Assembly (NCBI GenBank): GCA_950097015.1
Contig: CATNEN010000010.1
Span: 2,728,001 to 2,792,000, forward strand
DNA from: Macrostomum hystrix
Lineage: Eukaryota; Animalia; Platyhelminthes
Length of the DNA: 64,000 nucleotides
Direction of reading: 5' to 3'
Part shown: positions 33,976 to 46,133 of the stretch, one piece after another
Layout of the letters: the number at the start of each line of letters is the position of its first letter
How positions within the stretch are numbered: the stretch's first letter is position 1
Made by a program: the position numbers and the translations under genes
Notes under the pieces: model-generated
The model's database searches: none
What the model was told of the DNA's origin: nothing
The model's input: only the letters and a program-made list of their open reading frames with translations

Positions 33976-35321
33976 ACCTGTGTATCAGTGTGAGCCCTCA
34001 ACCACAGCTACAGACGCGACACTTTGTGTCTCGCAACCACGCGGCGGTTGCCGTTGTGGAACGCTGCGCCTAATCTGGCGCAGACAGCAGCACCATGTTT
34101 AGGAACAGTCCTGCATTGCATTCCTCACATGATTGTCCCTCGCAATTTGAATAATTTGTCAGTTTGAGAATGCTTTAAAATTTTCACCTTGAGAAGAGGC
34201 GCAATAATTCGATGCTTTTCTCAAAACAAAGTCAAAACAGGTTCCCGGGTGTTATTGAACGAAAGATTCCAAGATGTAAAGATGAGCGGTCGGCAAACAC
34301 TTAAGACTAGAAGAGGTCATATAATAAATCGAAATATCAAAGGCTCAGGTGCCGACATCTGCAAATATTTGCTTATTTTGTCAGCAGCGTATTTGAGAGC
34401 GACTTTGCGAGAAAGGCAAGATTGAGCTACAGATTGAAGCGGGACACGGACTGCACCCTCAGCATGAATTGTCGAATCTTCGAATGCATCAATGCGCTGT
34501 CTTTGCTTTGGTACTGCGCCCTGGGAGTTAGCGGTGAGTCTGATGCAATCATTTCATTCGAATGGGGTTACAGCGGTAGCAGCGGCAGCCGCAGCTGCAG
34601 CTGAACGCCATGTACGGCTGTTCAGTCCATGGACTATAGGGGACGCCCTTGACTACCTAGCTGTCGCGGAAATCGATTACTAGTGTATCGATACTGATCA
34701 GCTCACACTGATACACTGCTCACACTGATTCACTGCTCAACCTGTGTATCAGTGTGAGCCCTCAACCACAGCTACAGACGCGACACTTTGTGTCTCTAGA
34801 GGCCGGTGTATCAGTGTGAGCTGTGAATCAGTGTGAGCTGTGAATCAACCCTCCCTGCACATCCAGTTGTCCGCTCTCTACGTTCTTTCTCTCCCCATCT
34901 CTACCTATTTACGTTCGCTGATAGCGTTATCGATTTTCTGTGCCTCTCCTCTCTTACTCTTACCCTTAACTCTTAATTACTCTTAATCATCTACTTGTGC
35001 GCACCCGGCCACCCCTTTCTCTTATCTCCAAAGTTCTCTTATCTCCCACCCCAAATAAATAACTGAGGCACGGCCTCCAATTGCGTTTTGTTATTTTTTA
35101 GCGCCGAATTCAGTCGGTCTCTTATATGCGAAGACTCTATTTGGGCATGCTGTTCGAATTTTACTGAAAGCTAATAACATATTCTAGATGCTCAGCGGTT
35201 TCCGGCGAGCCGCTTCACCGCAGCGCTCGGACCTGTCGAGTTGAGCAATGCATCCAGCAGCCAATTAGTAAATTTTACCTGCCTGCAAACGCAACTCCAG
35301 TGCCTGGCCCTGTGCCATCAG

Positions 35322-37013
35322 ATGGGCTGCTTGCTGGCTTCGCTCATTCCCAGCTCGGGCCAGTGCCTGCTGCTGCTGGTGCTCGACGCGTCTCAGGGAC
35401 TGGGCCCGCCCGGGACTCACTTGAGGAGACTGCTAGGCTGGGAGGCCGGTGCCAGGCTGTGGCTGGCGGAAAACTTCCACAGTGTGATAGAGATAAGAAA
35501 ACTGCAGATCAGCCTGACACTGCTCAGTGAGACAATCAGCCTGATAAATATTAGCCACACAAATATTTGCCTGGGTGGTCACCATCAATTGGCGACAGTC
35601 AACTGATGGGCAATGATGAGGAGGCAAATCCTGAGCATACTCATCCGGGCACTTTTGTTAACAGTAGAAAGATACCCTCAAGACTAAAGTTTTCCGCTCT
35701 ATCCGTTGAAACAAGTTCGAGAATCACAAAACATCGGCATCGTCGATATATTCAACGATTCTCGTCGGAGTGATTGGTGGCAAAGACCAGCGATATAGGC
35801 ATAATTTTTCATAATTACAAAATTGAATTACGTAGCCATGTCGGCCATCATTGCTGATTATATAGTTAATTTTTTCATTGAGCTTTTACTCGCATATTGT
35901 TGAATTCGCCATAGAGTTTCAATCAGAGCAATGTTAGTTGTCCTTGTCACTAGGGTCTCCGATAAGTGGTCTAGGCTACAGCCTCTTAACTACAGAAGTT
36001 CAGGGATTTAAAAGGGATTAAAAAATGGACACAGACAATGAAACTGCCCCACATGGACCACCAAAGTGAATTTTGTTAATGGATAACTTGCTTTATGTGC
36101 AATGCGCAACTTAAACTGCAGACAGCAGCACCGGCAGAACCGGCTCAATCCAGTTTGCTTCAATACCCGCAACTGGATGCTACCTAGTGGAAGTATCTGG
36201 TGCCCGCGGCGGCACGAATTCCTACTCAGGCATGGCCGGCGGTAGCGGCGCCGTCATATCCGGGTCATTCAACCTGACTGCCGGCACCCAGCTGACGGTT
36301 GTTGTCGGTCAGGCCGGGGGCGAACCAAACAATAAATACTCCGGAGGCGGAGGCGGCGGAGGAAGTTTCGTGTACAGGACGGCGGACCAGTTCCTACTGG
36401 CTGCAGCCGGGGGCGGCGGCGCAGGGACCTACTCACAAACTGGTGAGTCGATTTGCTTAACTACTGAAATTGAGCCTGCGTTAATGGCTATAACCTGGCC
36501 AGTGGCTGCACTTGAATTCCAGGTCTTCCAGGAGAAGCCGGCATAAACGGAACGGACGCGCACCCCTACGGAGACCCGGTCAGCTACGGGGGCATCAACG
36601 GGCAGCCCGGCTTCAATGACCCGAGATCAATGCCAGCCTCTCACAACCACGGCGGCTGCGGCGCTGGCTGGCTGGGCGGGCCGCCGAACCCGAGGCGGGG
36701 CCCGGCCGATGGCGAAGGAGGCGGCAGCCGGGGCGAGCTGTGGGTCGGCGGCATCGCGGGTGACAACAGCACTGGCGAAGGCGGCTTCGGCGGCGGTGGA
36801 GGCGGCGGGGTATTCAACCGCGTGTGGGGAGCCGCCGGTGCGGGCGGTGGCTACAGCGGAGGCGGCACCGGCTACTTCACCGGCCCAGCTGGAGGCGGCG
36901 GTGGCTCGTTCTGCTCCGGCAGCAGCTGCCGCGGCACGACAGGCGGCGGGGCGGGCCGTCACGGCCTGGTGGTCATTCGACTGATCGTGCCATTTGTGAA
37001 CTCGTGCGAGTGA
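35322..37013 (+). CDS. Stand-alone ALK/LTK-type glycine-rich-domain protein (PF12810-like)
   Basis: Exons 36122-36442 and 36523-37013 are in frame: TGSIQFASIPATGCYLVEVSGARGG..GGSGAVISGSFNLTAGTQLTVVVGQAGG..GGGGGGSFVY..LLAAAGGGGAG..GEGGFGGGGGGG..GGGYSGG..GGGGGSF. First exon 35322-35481 is tentative (weak donor). Confidence 0.75.
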
Positions 37014-37214
37014 ATGAGGAACAACTCATCCAATAAGAAACAACTTGTTTGAAAGGCCTACAGACGTACTCTAAATATTTTTCGCAGTTGCTGGCTGCAA
37101 AGCATCTGTTCTGTGGAACTTGCAATGTTACATGGTCACTCGAACGTAAAAAATATATCGATGTACTGCAGATTTATATATTAAAACCGTGATAATCACT
37201 TTCCCACCAACTCA

Positions 37215-37390
37215 GAGCTCACACTGATTCCCAGCTCACACTGATTCACAGCTCACACTAATTCACAGTTCACACTGATTCACTGCTCACACCTATTCAC
37301 AGCTCACACCTATTCACAGCTCACACCCATTCACTGCTCACACTGACTCACAGCTCACACCCATTTACAGCTCACACTGACTCACAGCTT
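37215..37390. repeat. cacactgattcacagct minisatellite block downstream of the Gly-rich gene
   Basis: Same unit as 33069-33975. Confidence 0.85.
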
Positions 37391-38309
37391 ACTAAGTTCG
37401 AGTATTGACTACACCCAGCTGAAGGCAAAGTGCAGGGTTGAGTCAGTTTGAGTATTGTTGCGAATAAAATCGCAGATTTATTGGTCAAATCATCTGGTCG
37501 CAAATGGTCAAGTGCCAGCGGTGACTGAAGCGGAGAATCGTGCACGGAAAAGTACAAATTTCTAGACTGTTAGGCAGCCAAGTCAGCAGGGAGGCACAAA
37601 AGTGCAAGCAAGGGAAACTGCTAATGTTCGAAAGGCATCACAGAGTCAAGCGTTTCGAGCTTGGAATGTAAAGAATGAGAGGAAAATGTTGATAAATTAA
37701 AAAGAAAAAAGGCACATGAAAAATTCAGTGCTAGAGTTAAAATTTCATTTGAAAACAAAAAAACCGTTAGGTTTGCAGTCAGTCATTCAGTCGGGCAAGG
37801 CTGAGTTAAAGCTGATGCAACAGGTGGTCATGGGTTCGAATCGGGTTGCTATGCAATCTACCTAGGCAAAATAAACGGAATAATCATTAATTCTGCAGTG
37901 GAGCTGGCGAAATTAAATTTTAGAAGTTGTTTGATGAGCTCAGGAATAATGCAAAAAAGTTTTGATTAAAAAGCAGCGCATAGAAAAGCAAATTTCAAAA
38001 ATTTGAGATGCTAGAGGCAGAGGCAAACTGCGTGATTGAGCAAAGTTGAGCAGGTTCTAGGACGGAGTTAGGCAAAACAAGCTATGAGGAAGGATCTACT
38101 GAAAATGTGATTTGGTCAGCAGTTCAGGTTTAGACAACGAGTGTTTTTAGATAAATCCTAATATTAAAAAAGATTAACAAGCGAGCTTTTTAGATAAAAA
38201 AAACACAAGGCACATTTTAGATCTGCCGGATTAGACTACTGACAGTAGGAGTCGAACATATTTGATGATATTTTTAATCTACATAAGGAAATATATTTGC
38301 ATCAGTTTC

Positions 38310-41300
38310 CTACAGCGACTTGAGCAGATGGGCGAACAGCTCCGTCTGCAGAGCTTCGGTCTTGTCGAATTCTTCGCAAGCCAGGGAGCAATAGACCAGG
38401 ATGCGTTTCCACAGCTGACCAACTGTGCACTTGGCCGACTGCACCTTCTCGGACACTTCCTCCAGCTGCGGTCCGTCAATATAGGGGAAATGCTTGCGTA
38501 AGATACGGATTATACTACTCGATACGTGAGCTGATCAGTAGTGTTAGAGTATATTATATAGTTCTAGGTCTGAATTCGAACTCATGACCTGCCCTGCTAG
38601 ATCGCGGGGATCACCATGTGATGTCATGACGATGAACGCGAGCAAAACAAGACTTACCCGAGCCACCCTGGAGTCGGAGAACTTGTGATACTGCAGCACC
38701 GGCAGCTCCAGCTGAGAAGCCACCAGCCACTGCAGCAGGGCCTTCAGCTGCGGGTCGCCGCCGAAAGCGCCGCAGCCCCAGTTGCCCGTGACAACGCCGC
38801 TTGGGCTGCCGAAGCCAGCGGGAAGCTCGCGGCACTGGAGATCGAATGAGATCGTTCAGCTAATTTCTTTGCAAGAGCACGAAATTCTAGCAGCTATTCA
38901 GGTCGCTATAGACAGTCACTACCAAGCAGCACTCTAGACAGTCACTACCAAGCAGCACTCTAGACAGTCACTCCCAGCAGCACTCTAGACAGTCACTCCC
39001 AGCAGCACTCTAGACAGTCACACCCAGCAGCACTCTAGACAGTCACTCCCAGCAGCACTCTAGACAGTCACTCCCAGCAGCACTCTAGACAGTCACTCGC
39101 AGCAGCACTCTAGACAGTCACACCCAGCAGCACTCTAGACAGTCACTCCCAGCAGCACTCTAGACAGTCACACCCAGCAGCACTCTAGACAGTCTCTCCC
39201 AGCAGCACTTGAGACAGTCACTCCCAGCAGCACTCTAGACAGTCACACCCAGCAGCACTCTAGACAGTCACTCCCAGCAGCACTCTAGACAGTCACTCCC
39301 AGCAGCACTCTAGACAGTCACTCCCAGCAGCACTCTAGACAGCCACTCCCAGCAGCACTCTAGACAGTCACTCCCAGCAGCACTCTAGACAGTCACTACC
39401 AAGCAGCACTCTAGACAGTCACTACCAAGCAGCACTCTAGACAGTCACTCCCAGCAGCACTCTAGACAGTCACTCCCAGCAGCACTCTAGACAGTCACAC
39501 CCAGCAGCACTCTAGACAGTCACTCCCAGCAGCACTCTAGACAGTCACTCCCAGCAGCACTCTAGACAGTCACTCGCAGCAGCACTCTAGACAGTCACAC
39601 CCAGCAGCACTCTAGACAGTCACTCCCAGCAGCACTCTAGACAGTCACACCCAGCAGCACTCTAGACAGTCTCTCCCAGCAGCACTTGAGACAGTCACTC
39701 CCAGCAGCACTCTAGACAGTCACACCCAGCAGCACTCTAGACAGTCACTCCCAGCAGCACTCTAGACAGTCACTCCCAGCAGCACTCTAGACAGTCACTC
39801 CCAGCAGCACTCTAGACAGTCACTCCCAGCAGCACTCTAGACAGTCACTCGCAGCAGCACTCTAGACAGCCACTCCCAGCAGCACTCTAGACAGTCACTC
39901 GCAGCAGCACTCTAGACAGCCACTCCCAGCAGCACTCTAGACAGTCACTCCCAGCAGCACTCTAGACAGTCACTCCCAGCAGCACTCTAGACAGTCACTC
40001 CCAGCAGCACTCTAGACAGTCACTCCCAGCAGCACTCTAGACAGTCACTCCCAGCAGCACTCTAGACAGTCACTCCCAGCAGCACTCTAGACAGTCACTC
40101 CCAGCAGCACTCTAGACAGTCACTCCCAGCAGCACTTGAGACAGTCACTCCCAGCAGCACTCTAGACAGTCACACCCAGCAGCACTCTAGACAGTCACTC
40201 CCAGCAGCACTCTAGACAGTCACTCCCAGCAGCACTCTAGACAGTCACTCCCAGCAGCACTCTAGACAGTCACTCCCAGCAGCACTCTAGACAGTCACTC
40301 CCAGCAGCACTCTAGACAGTCACTCCCAGCAGCACTCTAGACAGTCACTCCCAGCAGCACTCTAGACAGTCAGTTCTATGAGACAGTTCACACGAAAGTT
40401 ACCACACAAAAGATTAATAAGACAGAAATTTGGAGTCTAAAGTGTGTAACTGAATAAGAGCAACTGTAATCAATGTAGACAGACAACACGATAGCAAGAA
40501 AAATTAATTCAGTCAAAATAAAAACAAAAAGTTTTAAATTCACCAATCTGTGAACCTGACCAACACAATTATAAACTACTTGAGACACTGATAACGCAGA
40601 GAAGGCTAGAAGGAAATGAAGTAAATAATTTTTCCCTTTTGGCGTTTTTAGCCAGTTCATACTACTTACCGGTAGTATCAGAAGCACAGAAGCCTCAATG
40701 AAACTTAAAAAACATTATAATAAGAAAAATTGAATAGTAACTGAAAATATTATGAGTAAGATACACTCTCGTGAGTTAGCACTGACTAAGCACAACTGAA
40801 TAACTCCCTTACTTGGCACAATGACCCATGGACTAAGAGACTCAAGCAACCACTCAACTCACTGACTACTGGACCCTTGAAGTACTGACACTTTCTGAAA
40901 GCTACATTAAACGATTCCTAAAACAATGCTTTTATCTTATATAAAATCGCAAAGAATGTCATAGGCTCTGTACCACATTTACAACGGGTAGGTGCGTCAC
41001 AATGCTTGACAAATGCATTTAGGCGTGAATATTTCCTGCGAAAATATTAAAGATGCCGACAAAATTAATAAGAAATGAAAATACTAGGTTGCGCTGCGCA
41101 AGTAGATATTGGTTGACAGAATGTAAATAGGGGTAGCGGGTGCAGACGTTGGCTGGGCCAGAGCATATGTACTTTAGGGTGGCGGGTGCATACGTTGGCT
41201 GGGCCAGAGCATATGTACTTTGGGGTGGCGGGTGCAGACGTTGGCTGGGCCAGAGCATATGTACTTTAGGGTGGCGGGTGCATACGTTGGCTGGGCCAGA

Positions 41301-44300
41301 GCATATGTACTTTGGGGTGGCGGGTGCAGACGTTCGCTGTGCCAGAGCATATGTACTTTGGGGTGGCGGGTGCAGACGTTGGCTGGGCCAGAGCATATGT
41401 ACTTTGGGGTGGCGGGTGCAGACGTTGGCTGGGCCAGAGCATATGTACTTTGGGGTGGCGGGTGCAGACGTTGGCTGGGCCAGAGCATATGTACTTTGGG
41501 GTGGCGGGTGCAGACGTTGGCTGGGCCAGAGCATATGTACTTTGGGGTGGCGGGTGCAGACGTTGGCTGGGCCAGAGCATATGTACTTTGGGGTGGCGGG
41601 TGCAGACGTTGGCTGGGCCAGAGCATATGTACATTGGGGTGGCGGGTGCAGAGGTTAGCTGGGCCAGAGCATATGTACATTGGGGTGGCGGGTGCAGAGG
41701 TTAGCTGGGCCAGAGCATATGTACATTTGGGGTGGCGAGTGCAGAGGTTGGCTGGGCCAAAGAAAAAGTACATTGGGGTGACTAAGCATCTCACCTGTTT
41801 AAAGGACTGACGAAAGGCCACGAAGGCCTTATTGATGTCGCGCAGCAGGTTGTGCTCAACATACTGCTCGCTTGGGAAGCCTCTGTAAGGCACGGCGTCC
41901 ATGGAGACGAGCCGCCGCGGCTGGAATCCGGCAGAGTCGGGCTCCAGGGAGTTGCGAATCGGGCCAGCGAATTTCATCTGCAGGCCGTAGCCCTCAGACC
42001 TGCTGAAGGGCTCGTAGCCCATGATGTAGACCGCTTCGTTGTTGTCCATGGCTTCCACGAATAGCATGGAGATAATGAGCTCCGGGTTGTGTATGAAGAG
42101 GGTCTCCTCCTGCGGGCGGCGGTAGCAGAGCGGGCAGTGAGTGGGTGTTCAAACGGCATTGTGTCAGTGGTAGGCAGGCTGGTCGCAGACCTGCAGCACG
42201 CCAGTCCACAGCACGCCACCGCCCAGGAAGCTGTTCCCGAAGCAGACGTGCAGCAGGCTGCTGTCGGCACTGTCCATTGAAGCTTCGGGCTCAACCAGCA
42301 GACGGCAAAGCGGCCGGGAGCTGCTGGCAAGTTTGGCGGCGGTCAGCTGGTCCTCGGACGCCAGGACGGACCGGGCGATGACCAGCTTGCCTGCGGGCGG
42401 GCCGTCCCGCTGCAGCTGGTCGAAGTAGCTCAGCACGCAGTGCATCTTTTCGGCTTGGTGCGGCGTTCTGGAATGCCAGGCGGGTTGATAAGCCGAGTTT
42501 TACTTGCCTTTCTACTCATAGTAGAAACATAAACAGTAAAACGCAGCAGTTTAAATTTTAACAAGAGAGTGATATTGTGAAACTTTTAACAGCTGAACTG
42601 AATGAGGCTAGCGGAACGAAAAAATGAGAACATGATGGAGAGTCAGATACGGAGATGATGGAGAGTCAGACACGGAGATGATGGAGAGTCAGACACGGAG
42701 ATGATGGAGAGTCAGACACGGAGATGATGGAGAGTCAGACACGGAGATGATGGAGAGTCAGATACGGAGATGATGGAGAGTCAGACACGGAGATGATGGA
42801 GAGTCAGATACGGAGATGATGGAGAGTCAGACACGGAGATGATGGAGAGTCAGATACGGAGATGATGGAGAGTCAGATACGGAGATGATGGAGAGTCAGA
42901 TACGGAGATGATGGAGAGTCAGATACGGAGATGATGGAGAGTCAGATACGGAGATGATGGAGAGTCAGATACGGAGATGATGGAGAGTCAGATACGGAGA
43001 TGATGGAGAGTCAGATACGGAGATGATGGAGAGTCAGATACGGAGATGATGGAGAGTCACGCAACCAATAGCGGGTCAGAGCAACTGACGCGTCCTGAAT
43101 GCCGGCAAAGAACGCGGGGAAGCCGTTGGTGGACATGCTGATGGCCAGGTCGGTTGGGTGCTGCGGCATCAGGCAGAGGAAGGCCGCGGCCAGCAGCGAG
43201 GAGACGTAGTCTCGGCTGAGCACAGTCGTGGAGGCTGTGGGCGATTTGGAGAACAGTGAGTTGCGTGTAGTCAACAAAAACTGTGAGCAACCCGTGTCTG
43301 TAGCCCGTCACTGCAGTGAGCAGCCCGTGTGCCTGTAGCTTGTCACTGCAGTGAGCAGCCCGTGTGCCTGTAGCCTGTCATTGCAGTGAGCAGCCCGTGT
43401 GCCTGTAACCCGTCACTGCAGTGAGCAGCCTGTGTGCCTGTAGCCTGTCACTGCAGTGAGCAGCCCGTGTGCCTGTAGCCTGTCATTGCAGTGAGCAGCC
43501 CGTGTGCCTGTAGCCTGTCACTGCAGTGAGCAGCCCGTGTGTCTGTAGCCTGTCACTGCAGAGAGCAGCCCGTGTGCCTGTAGCCTGTCACTGCAGTGAG
43601 CAGCCCGTGTGCCTGTAGCCTGTCACTGCAGTGAGCAGCCCGTGTGCCTGTAACCCGTCACTGCAGTGAGCAGCCTGTGTGCCTGTAGCCTGTCACTGCA
43701 GTGAGCAGCCCGTGTGCCTGTAACCCGTCACTGCAGTGAGCAGCCTGTGTGCCTGTAGCCTGTCACTGCAGTGAGCAGCCCGTGTGCCTGTAGCTTGTCA
43801 CTGCAGTGAGCAGCCCGTGTGCCTGTAGCCTGTCACTGCAGTGAGCAGCCCGTGTGTCTGTAGCCTGTCACTGCAGTGAGCAGCCCGTGTGCCTGTAACC
43901 CGTCACTGCAGTGAGCAGCCCGTGTGTCTGTAGCCTGTCACTGCAGTGAGCAGCCCGTGTGCCTGTAACCCGTCACTGCAGTGAGCAGCCCGTGTGCCTG
44001 TAGCCTGTCACTGCAGTGAGCAGCCCGTGTGCCTGTAACCCGTCACTGCAGTGAGCAGCCTGTGTGCCTGTAGCCTGTCACTGCAGTGAGCAGCCCGTGT
44101 GCCTGTAGCCTGTCACTGCAGTGAGCAGCCCGTGTGTCTGTAGCCTGTCACTGCAGTGAGCAGCCCGTGTGCCTGTAGCCTGTCACTGCAGTGAGCAGCC
44201 CGTGTGTCTGTAGCCTGTCACTGCAGTGAGCAGCCCGTGTGCCTGTAACCCGTCACTGCAGTGAGCAGCCCGTGTGCCTGTAGCCTGTCACTGCAGTGAG

Positions 44301-45392
44301 CAGCCCGTGTGCCTGTAACCCGTCACTGCAGTGAGCAGCCTGTGTGCCTGTAGCCTGTCACTGCAGTGAGCAGCCCGTGTGCCTGTAGCTTGTCACTGCA
44401 GTGAGCAGCCCGTGTGCCTGTAGCCTGTCACTGCAGTGAGCAGCCCGTGTGTCTGTAGCCTGTCACTGCAGTGAGCAGCCCGTGTGCCTGTAACCCGTCA
44501 CTGCAGTGAGCAGCCCGTGTGCCTGTAGCCTGTCACTGCAGTGAGCAGCCCGTGTGCCTGTAACCCGTCACTGCAGTGAGCAGCCTGTGTGCCTGTAGCC
44601 TGTCACTGCAGTGAGCAGCCCGTGTGCCTGTAGCTTGTCACTGCAGTGAGCAGCCCGTGTGCCTGTAACCCGTCACTGCAGTGAGCAGCCTGTGTGCCTG
44701 TAGCCTGTCACTGCAGTGAGCAGCCCGTGTGCCTGTAGCTTGTCACTGCAGTGAGCAGCCCGTGTGCCTGTAGCCTGTCACTGCAGTGAGCAGCCCGTGT
44801 GTCTGTAGCCTGTCACTGCAGTGAGCAGCCCGTGTGCCTGTAACCCGTCACTGCAGTGAGCAGCCCGTGTGCCTGTAGCCTGTCACTGCAGTGAGCAGCC
44901 CGTGTGCCTGTAGCCTGTCACTGCAGTGAGCAGCCCGTGTGTCTGTAGCCTGTCACTGCAGTGAGCAGCCCGTGTGCCTGTAGCCTGTCACTGCAGTGAG
45001 CAGCCCGTGTGCCTGTAGCCTGTCACAACCCCCTGTCTAAAAGTGAACAAACCTTCCTGCTGGCAGGCATAGTTCAGCGGCTCCTTGCGTGTCTCCAGTG
45101 CCAGCACCCTGTCAACCAGGAAGGGCAGCAGGCTGTCGAAGAAGCACTTCCGCTGCGCCTCGCTCATGCGCCCCTCCAGGAAGCGGCGCAGGCCGGTGAA
45201 AAAGGACCTACTACTAGCACCGGCGCCCGCGCTGGCCGCGCTGACGTAATTCTTGGAGTAGGCCGCGTGCAGCTCGTCGAGGGCCTTCACCAGCGCTTCA
45301 GGACTGCCGTTCGTTCGCTTGAGGGCCTCCAGGTGGCGCTTTAACTCTGGCCAGTTGGCCAGGTCAGTAGGCAGGGCGACTTTGGTTGCCAT
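38310..45392 (-). CDS. PARG: Poly(ADP-ribose) glycohydrolase, 469 aa, essentially catalytic domain only
   Basis: Exons 45392-45053, 43234-43090, 42467-42191, 42109-41795, 38834-38658, 38465-38310 total 1410 nt. Motifs LSRDYVSSLLAAAF, EKMHCVLSYF, GGGVLWTGVLQEETLFIHNPELIIS, RDINKAFVAF, VTGNWGCGAFGGDPQLKALLQWLVAS. Confidence 0.93.
38905..40372. repeat. 25-bp minisatellite, ~58 copies (PARG intron)
   Basis: Unit cactcccagcagcactctagacagt. Confidence 0.96.
41135..41785. repeat. 46-bp minisatellite, ~14 copies (PARG intron)
   Basis: Unit gggtgcagacgttggctgggccagagcatatgtactttggggtggc. Confidence 0.95.
42632..43058. repeat. 23-bp minisatellite, ~18 copies (PARG intron)
   Basis: Unit gatgatggagagtcagatacgga. 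Confidence 0.95.
43290..45025. repeat. 35-bp minisatellite, ~49 copies (PARG intron)
   Basis: Unit cactgcagtgagcagcccgtgtgcctgtagcctgt. Confidence 0.96.
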
Positions 45393-45434
45393 GGACGCTG
45401 TGGGTTACCAAGGGTGTGACTGGTATTTGAAGCT

Positions 45435-45777
45435 GAGAGTGACTGAACTGGGAGTGACTAAACTGGGAGTGACTGAACTGGGAGTGACTGAACTGGGAGT
45501 GACTGAACTGGGAGTGACTAAACTGGGAGTGACTGAACTGGGAGTGACTGAACTGGGAGTGACTGAACTGGGAGTGACTAAACTGGGAGTGACTAAACTG
45601 GGAGTGACTGAACTGGGAGTGACTGAACTGGGAGTGACTGAACTGGGAGTGACTAAACTGGGAGTGACTGAACTGGGAGTGACTGAACTGGGAGTGACTG
45701 AACTGGGAGTGAATGAACTGGGAGTGAATGAACTGGGAGTGACTGAACTGGGAGTGAATGAACTGGGAGTGACTGGA
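45435..45777. repeat. 15-bp minisatellite, ~22 copies, upstream of the PARG start
   Basis: Unit gagtgactgaactgg. Confidence 0.93.
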
Positions 45778-46133
45778 AAGGGACTTCCTGGAGCCTTTTA
45801 GAGCCGCTGCGTTATGAAGATTAAACACTAGAAAAATAAAGGCAAGGCACACACACGAGTTGAATTCACAATGCACTGTTCCAAGCGTATAATATTCTAT
45901 GTATTTAGGCAGTTCAGTAACAGCCTCAGAAGCATTCACCTGATATTTACTCATTTACGCAAATACATTGACTGACTCGATAGCATAAGAATTGTTTATG
46001 TACAACAGATAGGGTAGGATGCATATCAAATTCTATTATTACTATTAAACCAATATAGAGCTGTCTTTGTCTTGAGAGGGGAATTTTTAACGTAACAAAG
46101 ACCAATGCGAGTGGATCAAGAAGCCGGCAGCTG

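Noticed and set aside
34600-34690. Possible Helitron 3' end (CTAG followed by T)
   Set aside because: No convincing subterminal hairpin and no matching 5' TC end identified.
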